NCBI GenBank assembly: GCA_963757655.1
Contig: CAVWSQ010000005.1
Location: 242,366-306,365, forward strand
Length of the DNA: 64,000 nucleotides
Source of the DNA: an uncultured Acidobacteriota bacterium
Lineage (GTDB): Bacteria; Acidobacteriota; Vicinamibacteria; Vicinamibacterales; CAVVIG01
Direction of reading: 5' to 3'
Shown here: piece by piece, positions 55,271 to 64,000 of the stretch
How positions within the stretch are numbered: the stretch's first letter is position 1
How the letters are laid out: each line of letters begins with the position of its first letter
Notes under the pieces: generated by a model
What the model saw: the letters and a program-made list of their open reading frames with translations, nothing else
What the model was told of the DNA's origin: nothing
The model's database searches: none
Position numbers and translations under genes: made by a program

Positions 55271-57307
55271 ATGCAACTTAGACGCGGTCCGGTGTGGCTG
55301 GTTTCCGCCGCGGTGGCCGTCACGCTCGCGTTACCGGCAGCTCAGGCAGGGCGTCCAATCGGCGTCGACGACCTCATGAGGCTGCGCTCGATCGTGGACG
55401 TGCAGATCGCGCCGGACGGAGAGCGCGTCGCCTATGTCGTGTCGACACCGAACCTGCCGAAGAACGAGCACGAAGGCGCGCTCTTCGTCGTCTCCGTCTC
55501 GGGCGGGACGCCGGCGAGGCTGGGAGAGACAGTGCGCATCTTCAACGTGCCGACCCCGCGCCCGCAGCTGCGCTGGTCGCCCGACGGCTCGATGGTCTCC
55601 GTCATCGGCATCCAAGAGGGACGGCCGGAGGTGATCGGCATACCGCTGTCGGGGACGGCGCCGGTGGCGCTCACCAATGCGCCGGAAGGTGTGTTCGCCT
55701 ACGAGTGGTCGCCCAACGGCAAGAGCCTGGCCTTTCTGACGCGCGATCCGATGGAGCGCGACGAGGCGCGTCAGCGCCAGGACAAGTCGTTCGTCATTCG
55801 CGCCGACGCCCCCGATCGTCCGATCAGGCTGGCGCTGGTCCAAACCGGCCAACCCTCGGCAATGCGGTTGCTGACGCCGCCGGCCGACTACGTCGACGCG
55901 CTATCGTGGTCGCCGGACGGCCGCGAGATCGCTTACTCGGCGGCTCCGCGCACCGGGTTCACTGCCGCCTACGACGCCCGCGTCTATGCCGTGGCACTCG
56001 AGGGCGGCGCGCGCCGGACGATCGTCGATCGCGCCGGGATGAACACCGGCCCGCGTTTTTCGCCGGACGGCAAGTCGATCGCGTTCATCTCGACCAACGG
56101 CCGCAACGACATCATGGCGTCGCGCAGCCTCACGGTCGTGCCGGCCGCGGGGGGCGTCCCGCGAACCTTCATGATGGACGATGCGTGGGTGAACGAGTAC
56201 GTCTGGGCGCCAGACAGCCGGTCAATTTTCCTTCAGGCCAACGACGGCACGTTCGCTCGCGGCGAGCACATGTTTGAGCAGCCGATCGTGCGCCTCTCGG
56301 TGGCCGACGGAAAGGCGACGCGCCTCGGTTCGGAACCAACGGTCGCGTTCTCGATCAGCCGCAGCGCGAACGGCTTACGGCTGGCGTTCAAGTCGGTCGC
56401 GGCGCGGACGATGGGCGAGATTGCGATCATGGAGACGGCAACCGGCCGGCTGAGCACGATCGTTGACGTGAATCCGGAACTGAAGCAGTTCGCCGTTGGC
56501 GATCTCGAGCCTGTGCACTGGCGCTCCTTCGACGGCATGGAGATCTGGGGATTGCTGCTGACGCCCAGCGGCGCCGCGCCCGGCAGGCCAGCGCCGACGC
56601 TCGTCTACGTCCACGGCGGCCCCGGCGGCGGCTTCACGTTCGGCCTCTTCCCCCAGTTCATGCACATCGTCCCCCAGGTGGATCCGTATCCGACAGCAAC
56701 GCTGGCCGGTGCCGGATACGCGATTCTGTTTCCGATGCCGCGCGGCGGTGCGGGTTACGGCGAAGCCGGCCAGCGTGCGATCGTCAACGCGTGGGGCGAG
56801 GCCGACTACAGGGACATCATGGCCGGCGTCGATCAGCTGGTCGCGCAAGGCATCGCCGACCCCAATCGCCTCGGCGTGATGGGCGCGTCATACGGCGGCT
56901 ACATGACGAACTGGATCGTGACGCAGACCGGCCGTTTCAAGGCGGCCTCCGCCGGGGCGAGCTTGAGCGACCTGAGCGACACCTACTATCTGTCGGAGGG
57001 CGGCGCGTTCCTGGTCGACTATTTCAAGCGCCCCTGGGAGAACCGTGACGGCTACGCCGCGCATTCGCCGCTGACCTTCGCCAGCAAGGTGACGACGCCG
57101 CTGCTGATCCAGCACGGCGAAGTCGATCCGCGTGTGCCGATCAGCAACGCATGGAAGTTCTACCGGACGCTCAAAGCGATGGGCAAGACCGTGGAGCTCG
57201 AGGTCTATCCGCGCGGCGGCCACGTGCTGCGCGAGCCGATGCAGCAGCGGGAGCAGATGCGGCGCAACCTCGAGTGGTTCACGAAATGGATTGGCAAGGG
57301 ATCTTAA
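55271..57307 (+). CDS. S9-family serine peptidase (beta-propeller plus alpha/beta hydrolase; prolyl oligopeptidase/DPP-like), secreted
   Basis: I trimmed to the ATG at 55271. Signal peptide present. PD40-like repeats (WSPDGS, WSPNGKS, WSPDGRE, FSPDGKS). Nucleophile elbow GASYGGYM and C-terminal HGEVDPRVP...GGH. Confidence 0.85.
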   Translation: MQLRRGPVWLVSAAVAVTLALPAAQAGRPIGVDDLMRLRSIVDVQIAPDGERVAYVVSTPNLPKNEHEGALFVVSVSGGTPARLGETVRIFNVPTPRPQLRWSPDGSMVSVIGIQEGRPEVIGIPLSGTAPVALTNAPEGVFAYEWSPNGKSLAFLTRDPMERDEARQRQDKSFVIRADAPDRPIRLALVQTGQPSAMRLLTPPADYVDALSWSPDGREIAYSAAPRTGFTAAYDARVYAVALEGGARRTIVDRAGMNTGPRFSPDGKSIAFISTNGRNDIMASRSLTVVPAAGGVPRTFMMDDAWVNEYVWAPDSRSIFLQANDGTFARGEHMFEQPIVRLSVADGKATRLGSEPTVAFSISRSANGLRLAFKSVAARTMGEIAIMETATGRLSTIVDVNPELKQFAVGDLEPVHWRSFDGMEIWGLLLTPSGAAPGRPAPTLVYVHGGPGGGFTFGLFPQFMHIVPQVDPYPTATLAGAGYAILFPMPRGGAGYGEAGQRAIVNAWGEADYRDIMAGVDQLVAQGIADPNRLGVMGASYGGYMTNWIVTQTGRFKAASAGASLSDLSDTYYLSEGGAFLVDYFKRPWENRDGYAAHSPLTFASKVTTPLLIQHGEVDPRVPISNAWKFYRTLKAMGKTVELEVYPRGGHVLREPMQQREQMRRNLEWFTKWIGKGS

Positions 57308-57312
57308 TCCAC

Positions 57313-57370
57313 GAGAAAAAACTGCAGAGAACGTCAAGGCCGCAAAAGAGATGGTCTCGGTGTTCTCTGC
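57313..57370 (+). repeat. Post-stop-codon repeat element, copy C
   Basis: GAGAAAAAACTGCAGAGAACG begins 6 nt after the peptidase TAA. The 9-bp stem GCAGAGAAC (57324-32) / GTTCTCTGC (57362-70) has a 29-nt loop. Confidence 0.5.
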
Positions 57371-57400
57371 CTACTCCGCGTTTCTGCCTGCTTCAGTGCC

Positions 57401-57808
57401 ATGGTGTTCAGCAAACGGCTTCGTGAGAGTGTCCGGCGCGGGAGGATCAGATGCAGCGTCCGCATCTGGAGGCGACTCCAGGTCAAAACGGGCGGTCGCT
57501 ATGCCATGGACGATGGATCGATTGTGGTGGATTCAATCGAGCGCATCCGCATCGCTGGTATCACCCATGATCTCGCTCGCGAGTCCGGGTTCGACAGCGT
57601 GGCTGACCTGCTCGAGACGGCCAGACATGGATCTGGCAAGAAAGTGTTCCTGATCCGGTTCCACTATCTGCCTCCAGGCGCGTGGGAGGCGCCGATATGG
57701 AGAAAGGGACGGCAGACGCCCGGAGAGACGGAGTCAAGAAAACAATCGCAGAGCGCGCCGAGACCGCTGAGACGCCGAAAGGCTGTCGCCGGTGATCGGT
57801 CTGGCTGA
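57401..57808 (+). CDS. ASCH (PUA-like) domain protein with basic C-terminal tail
   Basis: MVFSKRLRESVRRGRIRCSVRIW... resembles the ASCH N-terminal pattern. 135 aa. Recognition is by eye only. Confidence 0.45.
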   Translation: MVFSKRLRESVRRGRIRCSVRIWRRLQVKTGGRYAMDDGSIVVDSIERIRIAGITHDLARESGFDSVADLLETARHGSGKKVFLIRFHYLPPGAWEAPIWRKGRQTPGETESRKQSQSAPRPLRRRKAVAGDRSG

Positions 57809-57864
57809 AGCCGGACGGACACTACGACAAGTCGGACCGAACTCGGACACGACAGCCGCCTCCG

Positions 57865-58305
57865 TCAGCGCCGCGTCGCGTGCGAAACGATCATCACCCA
57901 TCGGCCGTCGCGCTTGACGTAGACACGAGTAAACCGCAACGCGCCGCCCGACGGCTGGCCCTTGTACTCCACCTTCGAATCGCTGAGACCGGCAGCCACC
58001 GCGGTGTCGCCGTAGATGCGGACGCTGAAATCGTCCTGCTTCACGTCGGCGAAGAACTTGCGGTCGCCCGACTTCAGGTCGGCGAGATACTCGGCCTTGG
58101 TATTGATGCTGCCGTTGCCGTGAGTGACCGTCCAGCCGTCAACGAGCAGGCGATCGAGGGCAGCGACGTCGGCGCGCACGCGCGATTCGTTCCACAGCTT
58201 CTCCATCGCGCGAATCTCCCGCTCGGCATCGGCCTGGCCGCGGATGGTGGCGGCGGGCCATGCCGCGACGAACATCAGGATGAGAACGGCGGATCGGCGG
58301 AGCAT
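57865..58305 (-). CDS. DUF4440/SnoaL-like (NTF2-fold) secreted protein
   Basis: Signal peptide, then EREIRAMEKLWNESRVRADVAALDRLLVDGW...FTRVYVKRDGRWVMIVSHA. Confidence 0.7.
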   Translation of the reverse strand: MLRRSAVLILMFVAAWPAATIRGQADAEREIRAMEKLWNESRVRADVAALDRLLVDGWTVTHGNGSINTKAEYLADLKSGDRKFFADVKQDDFSVRIYGDTAVAAGLSDSKVEYKGQPSGGALRFTRVYVKRDGRWVMIVSHATRR

Positions 58306-58312
58306 GGCGCAC

Positions 58313-59353
58313 CTACTGCTTGAAGATATTTTTCGGCAGCCGCACGTGGACGCCGTGATTCGGCTTGTCCACCAGCTGAGTGACGGCGACGTTGCCCGCG
58401 ATGCTGACCAGCTGATAGGCCTGATGCCTGCTCATCTGCCATTTCGCGGCGATGAAATCCACCATCTCCTGGATCGCCATCGTCGTCGCTTTGGTGAGAT
58501 CGGGATCGAAAGCCATGCTGATATAGTCGGTGGCGGTTTCCGCCCGGGGAAAGTTGAGCGGCATGTTCTTGCGCACGGTGAGCTGCAGCCGGCCACGCAG
58601 CGACGTTTCAATCGCCGTCTGATCGACTTCGCCGTCGCCCTGGGCGGCATGGCCGTCTCCGACCTCGAACAGCGCGCCGGGGACGAAGACCGGGATGTAG
58701 AGGGTGCTGCCGGCAACCAGCTCCTTGTTGTCCATGTTGCCGGCGTGCCTGCCGGGCGGATTACTGCTGACGCGGCCGAGCGCCGGGGCCGGCGCCACGC
58801 CCATGCTGCCGTAGAACGGCTTGAGCGGGATCACGATGCCGGGTGCGAACTGCGACGTCATGTTCTTCCGGTCCAGCGTCAGGATCTTCGACGGCGTGCC
58901 GCGCTCGCAGTTTTCCGGGACGAAGCCGTTGCAGCCGTTGTAGCCGTAGTCGATCGGCAGATCAATCGAGAGGACTTTGACCTCGAGCGCGTCGCCCGGT
59001 TCGGCGCCTTCGACATACACCGGGCCGGTCAGGATGTGGCCGCCAGGTCCCCGACGATCGCCGGTGACCTCGGCGGTGATCGCCTTCAGCGACGCCTGGA
59101 TCCTGTCCTCCGCCACGCCCGCGCGGGCCAGGCCGTTCGGGTTGTTGGTCAGCAGCGTGTCGACGTCGATGATGTCTCCTGACGGAATGCGCAGCGCCGG
59201 CTTCGCCTCCGACCAGTAGTAGCCGACGGCGACGGTGGCTGGCGTCGCTTCCAGGCGGTGGGTCTGCGGTGTCTGCGGCTGTCCGGCGAGCGCGGCCGCC
59301 CAGCACGCGGCAACCGCCAACGAACAGGTGATCAACGAACGGCGTGTCTCCAT
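58313..59353 (-). CDS. Acetamidase/formamidase-family amidohydrolase with signal peptide
   Basis: GDIIDVDTL..., GGHILTGPVYVEGAEPGDALEVKV, and GNMDNKEL...LYIPVFVPGALFEVGDGHAAQGDGEV are typical FmdA/AmdA blocks. Confidence 0.8.
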   Translation of the reverse strand: METRRSLITCSLAVAACWAAALAGQPQTPQTHRLEATPATVAVGYYWSEAKPALRIPSGDIIDVDTLLTNNPNGLARAGVAEDRIQASLKAITAEVTGDRRGPGGHILTGPVYVEGAEPGDALEVKVLSIDLPIDYGYNGCNGFVPENCERGTPSKILTLDRKNMTSQFAPGIVIPLKPFYGSMGVAPAPALGRVSSNPPGRHAGNMDNKELVAGSTLYIPVFVPGALFEVGDGHAAQGDGEVDQTAIETSLRGRLQLTVRKNMPLNFPRAETATDYISMAFDPDLTKATTMAIQEMVDFIAAKWQMSRHQAYQLVSIAGNVAVTQLVDKPNHGVHVRLPKNIFKQ

Positions 59354-59354
59354 G

Positions 59355-60641
59355 TCAATTCACAATCGCTTGATAGACCAGGTTGCGGGACAGTCCGTGG
59401 ATGCGCCGGGTGAGTCCCAGGTTGACGTGCTGCACCATGCCGACGAACGCCAGATCCTCGACTGGATCGATCCAGAACCAGGTGCCGGCGATGCCGAACC
59501 AGCTGTAGATGCCGTTCGACACTGAATCGCCGGCGGCTGCGGCGTCCATCACAATCTGGAAGTCCATGCCCCAGCCGGTTCCCGGCGGCATCGTCTCGAG
59601 CGGGTCGGGGTTGACGTGGTTGGTGCGCATCATCTCCACCGTGCGAGGCGCAATCAGGCGCACGCCGCCGAGTTGGCCACCGCCGAGCATCATCTCGCAG
59701 AACCGCGCGTAGTCCATCGCCGTGGAGAAGAGTCCGCCTCCACCGGACGCGCCCAGGGGCACCACCGTGGGATCCGGACGATGCTCGTCCACCACCAGTC
59801 CGTTCGGGCTGCCAATGTGCACCAGGGCGAGCCGCGACAGCTTCTCTTTGGGCACGTAGAACGCGGTGTCCTTCATCCCGAGCGGCTCGAACACGCGGGT
59901 ACGGAGAAAGTCCGGGAACGGCATGCCCGAAAACTTCTCGACCAAATAGCCCTGCACGTCGACGCCGATGCTGTACGACCAGCGCGTGCCCGGTTGCGCC
60001 AGCAGAGGCAGCCCGGCGAGGCCATCGATCATGTTCTTCAGCGGCGCGGCGCTGTTGAGCACGTTGGCATCGATGATCATCTTGTCGACCGGATTGTTGG
60101 CGCTCAGGACGTAGCCGAGCCCCGCAGTGTGGGTCATCAGCTCGCGCATGGTCATCGATCGCTTCGCGTCTTCCAGCTTCGGCGTACCGTCGTCGTTCTT
60201 GCCGGTGTAGACCTTCATCCGCGCGAACTCGGGGATGTAGCGAGCGACCGGATCGTCGATCCGCCACTTCCCTTCTTCGTAGAGCATCATCATCGCCAGT
60301 CCGGTGAGCGGCTTGGTCATCGAGTAGATGCGGAAGATCGAGTCCTTCTGCAGCGGGTCCGCTTTCCGCACGTCTTTCTGACCGACGGCGTTGAACTCGA
60401 CCACTTTGCCATGACGCTCGAGCAGGGTCACCAGGCCGGCCACCTGCTTGTCGTCAACCAGCCTCTTCATCGCCGCATCGATGCGCTTGACGCGTTCCGG
60501 CGAAATTCCGACCGACTCCGGCGTGGCCATGGCCAGGTCGCGGACCCGAGCGGGCGGCGTCGCAGTGTGACTCGACTGCGCGACCGGAGCCAGGGCCAGC
60601 GGCGAGACGACCAGGAGCGCGAGGATCGCGTATCGATTCAT
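59355..60641 (-). CDS. Serine hydrolase, beta-lactamase/PBP (class C-like) fold, secreted
   Basis: I trimmed to the ATG at 60639-41 (ATGA overlap with the upstream stop). Signal peptide present. S-x-x-K as YSMTKPLTG. Confidence 0.85.
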   Translation of the reverse strand: MNRYAILALLVVSPLALAPVAQSSHTATPPARVRDLAMATPESVGISPERVKRIDAAMKRLVDDKQVAGLVTLLERHGKVVEFNAVGQKDVRKADPLQKDSIFRIYSMTKPLTGLAMMMLYEEGKWRIDDPVARYIPEFARMKVYTGKNDDGTPKLEDAKRSMTMRELMTHTAGLGYVLSANNPVDKMIIDANVLNSAAPLKNMIDGLAGLPLLAQPGTRWSYSIGVDVQGYLVEKFSGMPFPDFLRTRVFEPLGMKDTAFYVPKEKLSRLALVHIGSPNGLVVDEHRPDPTVVPLGASGGGGLFSTAMDYARFCEMMLGGGQLGGVRLIAPRTVEMMRTNHVNPDPLETMPPGTGWGMDFQIVMDAAAAGDSVSNGIYSWFGIAGTWFWIDPVEDLAFVGMVQHVNLGLTRRIHGLSRNLVYQAIVN

Positions 60642-61558
60642 GGCTTCTCCCTGACCACCGACTGCCACGCTTCCGCGACTCGAGGGTTGGGAAGCCATGC
60701 GGTCGGATAGTTCGGCACCGGTTCTTCCCCGATCGGATGGAACGTCTTGGCTTTGATGTCGCCCAGGAGGCCGGATTTTTCCGTCAGCGGCTTCAATCCC
60801 GACTCGCCGCCGAGCCGGGCGGCCAGCATCTCGTCGAACAGGACGAGCGCGCAGTCGCGCGATCGGCCGACCACGTGCGCGGCGTTCGGCTCCTCGGCGA
60901 GCGCCCACAGCGCGCCAGCGCGGCGGTTCATCGCAAACAGGCCGGTGATGGCGCTGGTGCGGAACTCCAGATCCTTGCCGCCGGTGAACAGGATCCCCGG
61001 CACCGCCCGCGCAGCCTTTGGCGCCAGCGCGGTGTAGTAGATGTTGCCTTTGTTCACCACGAACGCGACGACGCGCTCGGGTTTCCAGGCGACGAATTCA
61101 TAGTTGAACTCACCGCCGGCCGACATGCCCCACAGCAGGAACGGGGCGGTCGCCAGTTCCGGATGCTTGGCGCGGGTGGCGAACGCGCTCATCGCGTCGA
61201 GAAACGCCTCGCCGCTGCCCTGCGAGACGTTGATGTACTCCTCGATGAACCCCTGGTCGTGCGGCTTGTCGGTCAGCCGGACGCCAACCAGCGCAAGCTT
61301 GTGGCGCACCGCGAACGCCTGCCAGACGGGATCATCGACCTGGCCGCGGCCGTCGCCATTCGATCCGGGTACGAGCACGGCGATCGCCTCGACCGTGGCG
61401 AGGTCCTTCGGCATCCAGAGCTTGAACTCCGCCTTGTCGTAGTTGTGCCCCGGCTCGGCCGATTCTTCCAGCACGGTGCCGGCCGGCGTCTGCGCGAACG
61501 CGGGCCGGCACAGACAAGCGGCGACGAAAACTGCAGCAAGAACGATGGGTGTTCTCAT
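60638..61558 (-). CDS. Secreted alpha/beta hydrolase (esterase-like)
   Basis: Signal peptide MRTPIVLAAVFVAACLCRPAFA and nucleophile elbow GMSAGG. About 306 aa. Confidence 0.7.
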   Translation of the reverse strand: MRTPIVLAAVFVAACLCRPAFAQTPAGTVLEESAEPGHNYDKAEFKLWMPKDLATVEAIAVLVPGSNGDGRGQVDDPVWQAFAVRHKLALVGVRLTDKPHDQGFIEEYINVSQGSGEAFLDAMSAFATRAKHPELATAPFLLWGMSAGGEFNYEFVAWKPERVVAFVVNKGNIYYTALAPKAARAVPGILFTGGKDLEFRTSAITGLFAMNRRAGALWALAEEPNAAHVVGRSRDCALVLFDEMLAARLGGESGLKPLTEKSGLLGDIKAKTFHPIGEEPVPNYPTAWLPNPRVAEAWQSVVREKP

Positions 61559-61609
61559 GACGGCACACGCTACCACAGCCGCAACCGGACGACAGCGAAT
61601 TGAAGACGG

Positions 61610-62746
61610 TCAGCGATTCGAAAACGTGATGCGGCGCACCGGCGGCGGCGGCGCACCGACGGTGTCGGGACCCGACGGCGCCGGTGGCGGCAGCGATCCC
61701 GCGAACACCTCCGGCGGATGGTCCGTGCCCGATCCGACGACGACATAGCGCGTGCCGTCGGCGCTCCATGACGGCGCCCCGACGATCTCGGCGATGCCCG
61801 GGGGCAGGATGGTGACGCGCGTTCCAGTCGCGACGTCGACCACGTCCATGTGTCGCTCTTGGTTTCCCGCCAGCACCATCGAGAGATGGTCTGCGCCCGC
61901 CCACGTCAGCGCGAGCACCGATCCGCCTCCTGCGATCGGGAGGAGCCGGGCGGGTCCGCCATCCGCAGGCGCGAGGAACGCGCGGCCGGCGTGCTGATTG
62001 TCGGCGTCGCCGCTGGTCAGCCAGGCGACGCGCCTCCCGTCGGGCGAGCAGGCGACGTCGGCCGCAGGAGACGAATCGGCATAGACCACTCGCGCCGGTC
62101 CCGACATCGGGACCATGAGCACGCGCGTCGCCGACGCCGCGGTCCGCTCCACCAACGCGACGGCCTGACCGGACGGCGCCCAGCTCAAGGAGGTCACCAG
62201 GCCGACCCCTTCGACGCGACGCGGCGACGGCGCTGTTGGCGACACATCCTGAATCCACAGGTGGCTCGTTGCCCCGGATTCGATCGGGCGTCCCGCGTAC
62301 GCCAACCGGCTGCCGTCCAGCGCCAGGCCGAACACCGACACGTCGGTCAGCGGATTGGTGATCCACGCTCCGGCGCCGCCGCGCGATGGAATCAGCCGGA
62401 CGCGAGCCGGCGCGCCATGTCGTTCACGGGCCAGGAACGCGATCCGCTGACCATCGGGCGACCATCGCGGCTGCGCGTGGTCGACAGCGTCGTCACTCAG
62501 GCGAGCAGGGTCGCCTCCTGCGAACGCCACCCGCCAGATCGTCGCTCCGGCATCGCCCGGTTCGGCGGGAGCGGTCGCGCCGAGGCTGAACACCACGGAC
62601 GATCCATCCGGGGAAATCTGCGCCTCGCGCACCGCCAGCAGCGACCCGCTCGTCGGCTGGGACCGGGCAATCGCGGACACGACGAGCGCGAGCGACGCCG
62701 TCAGCGCAATGATCCCGGGGCGAACCCGGGTCGCGGCACCGATCAT
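61610..62746 (-). CDS. TolB-like/PD40 beta-propeller repeat protein, secreted
   Basis: Repeated ISPDGSSVVF, WSPDGQRIAF, CSPDGRRVAW and WSADGTRYVV blades, with a signal-like N-terminus. Confidence 0.75.
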   Translation of the reverse strand: MIGAATRVRPGIIALTASLALVVSAIARSQPTSGSLLAVREAQISPDGSSVVFSLGATAPAEPGDAGATIWRVAFAGGDPARLSDDAVDHAQPRWSPDGQRIAFLARERHGAPARVRLIPSRGGAGAWITNPLTDVSVFGLALDGSRLAYAGRPIESGATSHLWIQDVSPTAPSPRRVEGVGLVTSLSWAPSGQAVALVERTAASATRVLMVPMSGPARVVYADSSPAADVACSPDGRRVAWLTSGDADNQHAGRAFLAPADGGPARLLPIAGGGSVLALTWAGADHLSMVLAGNQERHMDVVDVATGTRVTILPPGIAEIVGAPSWSADGTRYVVVGSGTDHPPEVFAGSLPPPAPSGPDTVGAPPPPVRRITFSNR

Positions 62747-62762
62747 CGCCGGGACTCCGCCC

Positions 62763-64000
62763 TCATCGACGCGGCTGCGGCACGAGCTCCGGCGGCACGA
62801 TGCGTGGCATCTCGGGGTTCAGACAGTCCAGCAGCGTCGACGTAAGACGCGACAGCATCACGCCATCGGCGTCGGTCAGACCGGTGAAGAGAACGTGCGC
62901 CCAATCGTTGTAGTCGTTCAACGTCGTCAGTGGGGCCAGGCAGGAGGTGTTGTCCACGCCGGTCGACGGGCCCGGGAACGAGCTGATGCGATTCAGATCG
63001 TAGACGATGCCATTTTCGATCGTGCCGCTGAAATTCCAGTCGATCGGCGTCGAGGCATTGACCCCCGCGCTCTCATTCAGGTTGTTCTCGTCGAGTGGGA
63101 TTCGCGTCCCGCGCGAGTAGTCGAGCACGTTGATTTCGCCGTTGCTGCCGATGGCATCGCCGTTGACGTCCACGCCTGGAAACTGGAAGCGATAGTTCAT
63201 CACCGAGTTGTAGTTGGGCTTCCAGTTGCAGCTCTCGTTGCCGCCATGCTGAAGGTTCAGGTTGTGTCCGAGCTCGTGCATGATGGTATTGGCGACGTTG
63301 TTGGTCGAGACAAAGCAGCCGAGCGTCACGATCAGATCGTTGCCGGGTAGCTCCGCTTGTCCCGAGCTGCCGAGAGACGCCGTGTAGTAGTGGGCCATCT
63401 CCACGTAGTGGAAGATGCCGCGACGGTTGGTGGCGAAGTTGGTCGCCTTCACGTTCTGGAAATCGGCATTGTTCACGCCGCCGACGATGTTCGCGTCGTG
63501 CGTGACCAGGCCGCCGCCAGTGAACACTCCGCCCTGCCCGTAGTCGTGAATCATGGTGATGCCGGTGGTCCCGTCAGGATTCAAGACGGGCGAGGCAGCG
63601 AATGAGGCGCTGACCCGCTCCAGCATCGCCTGCGTGGGCCGATGGGTGTGAGCGATGCATGTAGCGGGCTCGCTGTTGTCGTCGAACCAGTCGTATTCGA
63701 GCAGGATGTTCTTCTTCAGCGGATTGGTTCCCATGGCCGGAAGATTGAGACCCGCGATCGTCCCGAAAAGCTCGTCACCATCGTTGATGCCGTCGCCGTC
63801 GGTGTCAGCGACATTGGGATTGGTTCCGGTATTGATCGGGCTGACGTAGACGCCGGTGTTGGTCTCGTAGACATCACAGACCAGATCGCCATCGGTGTCC
63901 ACGCACGCCGTACCGGTGGCGGCCACCGGCGCACTCGTCGCCAGGCGCATGCCGCCGGCATTGAACAGGCGCACTTCGTACGTCCCCGCTGTGCGCGGCA
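62763..64000 (-). CDS. Zinc metalloprotease (HExxHxxxxxH, metzincin-like) with Ca-binding DxDxDG repeats; N-terminus beyond the window end
   Basis: HELGHNLNLQHGG, upstream DTDGDLVCD and DTDGDGINDGDE motifs. The reading frame stays open from 63974 to the window end (…AGTYEVRLFNAGG…), so the listed GTG start is probably internal. Confidence 0.75.
   Translation of the reverse strand, partial: PRTAGTYEVRLFNAGGMRLATSAPVAATGTACVDTDGDLVCDVYETNTGVYVSPINTGTNPNVADTDGDGINDGDELFGTIAGLNLPAMGTNPLKKNILLEYDWFDDNSEPATCIAHTHRPTQAMLERVSASFAASPVLNPDGTTGITMIHDYGQGGVFTGGGLVTHDANIVGGVNNADFQNVKATNFATNRRGIFHYVEMAHYYTASLGSSGQAELPGNDLIVTLGCFVSTNNVANTIMHELGHNLNLQHGGNESCNWKPNYNSVMNYRFQFPGVDVNGDAIGSNGEINVLDYSRGTRIPLDENNLNESAGVNASTPIDWNFSGTIENGIVYDLNRISSFPGPSTGVDNTSCLAPLTTLNDYNDWAHVLFTGLTDADGVMLSRLTSTLLDCLNPEMPRIVPPELVPQPRR

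Overview
High-GC bacterial chromosomal segment, probably Acidobacteriota. This is an inference from two ADOP-type duplicated FtsX permeases (one paired with PadR), DUF2911, a CRTAC1/FG-GAP protein and many secreted hydrolases; no search was run. All calls come from reading the ORF track and the DNA by eye, so family names are motif-level recognitions, not database hits.

I call 64 protein genes (two cut by the window edges) and one tRNA(CAU). There is no rRNA, CRISPR array or recognisable mobile element.

**Layout**
- **1-15.1 kb:** one uninterrupted minus-strand gene string. In order: GNAT, queA, DHS-like, tRNA-CAU, tilS, ftsH, folP, cdaA-cdaR-glmM, pdxJ, a TPR membrane protein and a TRASH membrane protein. 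The string then runs directly into the head of a PVM-like bacterial microcompartment (BMC) operon: class II aldolase with a C-terminal extension, one BMC-H, three BMC-P, a small Cys-cluster protein and a 2-hydroxyacid dehydrogenase.
- **15.2-27.3 kb:** TrxB-like/AI-2E pair, DUF885 plus methyltransferase, a solo LigD polymerase domain, an unknown protein, fabH, ruvB-ruvA-ruvC-yebC, a methyltransferase and a kynureninase-like enzyme.
- **27.4-33.7 kb:** ECF41-like sigma factor, membrane protein, SNase-like protein, response regulator and histidine kinase, trmH, and an M28 peptidase remnant.
- **33.8-64 kb (accessory-looking):** ADOP permeases, MBL-fold proteins, a GT-C/discoidin membrane protein, alkB, a HupE-like protein, hrpB, msrA and a run of signal-peptide hydrolases.

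**Main hunting results**
1. A 76-aa protein inside the BMC operon combines an encapsulation-peptide-like N-terminus with a C-x8-C-x2-C-x2-C cluster. TRASH and TPR membrane proteins are start/stop-coupled to the BMC aldolase.
2. Short operon spacers are repeatedly built from tandem 7-nt units (period 7, non-coding). One pair of inverted arrays covers the cdaA start region.
3. A conserved A-rich motif plus hairpin element sits directly after four stop codons.
4. A compound AT-rich control region precedes the TrxB-like operon: palindrome over a promoter, a terminator-like hairpin, and a 9-codon uORF overlapping the main ATG.
5. A two-component system is clustered with a catalytically degenerate SNase-like protein, an unknown membrane protein and an ECF41-like sigma factor.
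6. A PadR operator palindrome abuts the padR ATG.

None of these can be called novel without database searches; each finding states the decisive check.
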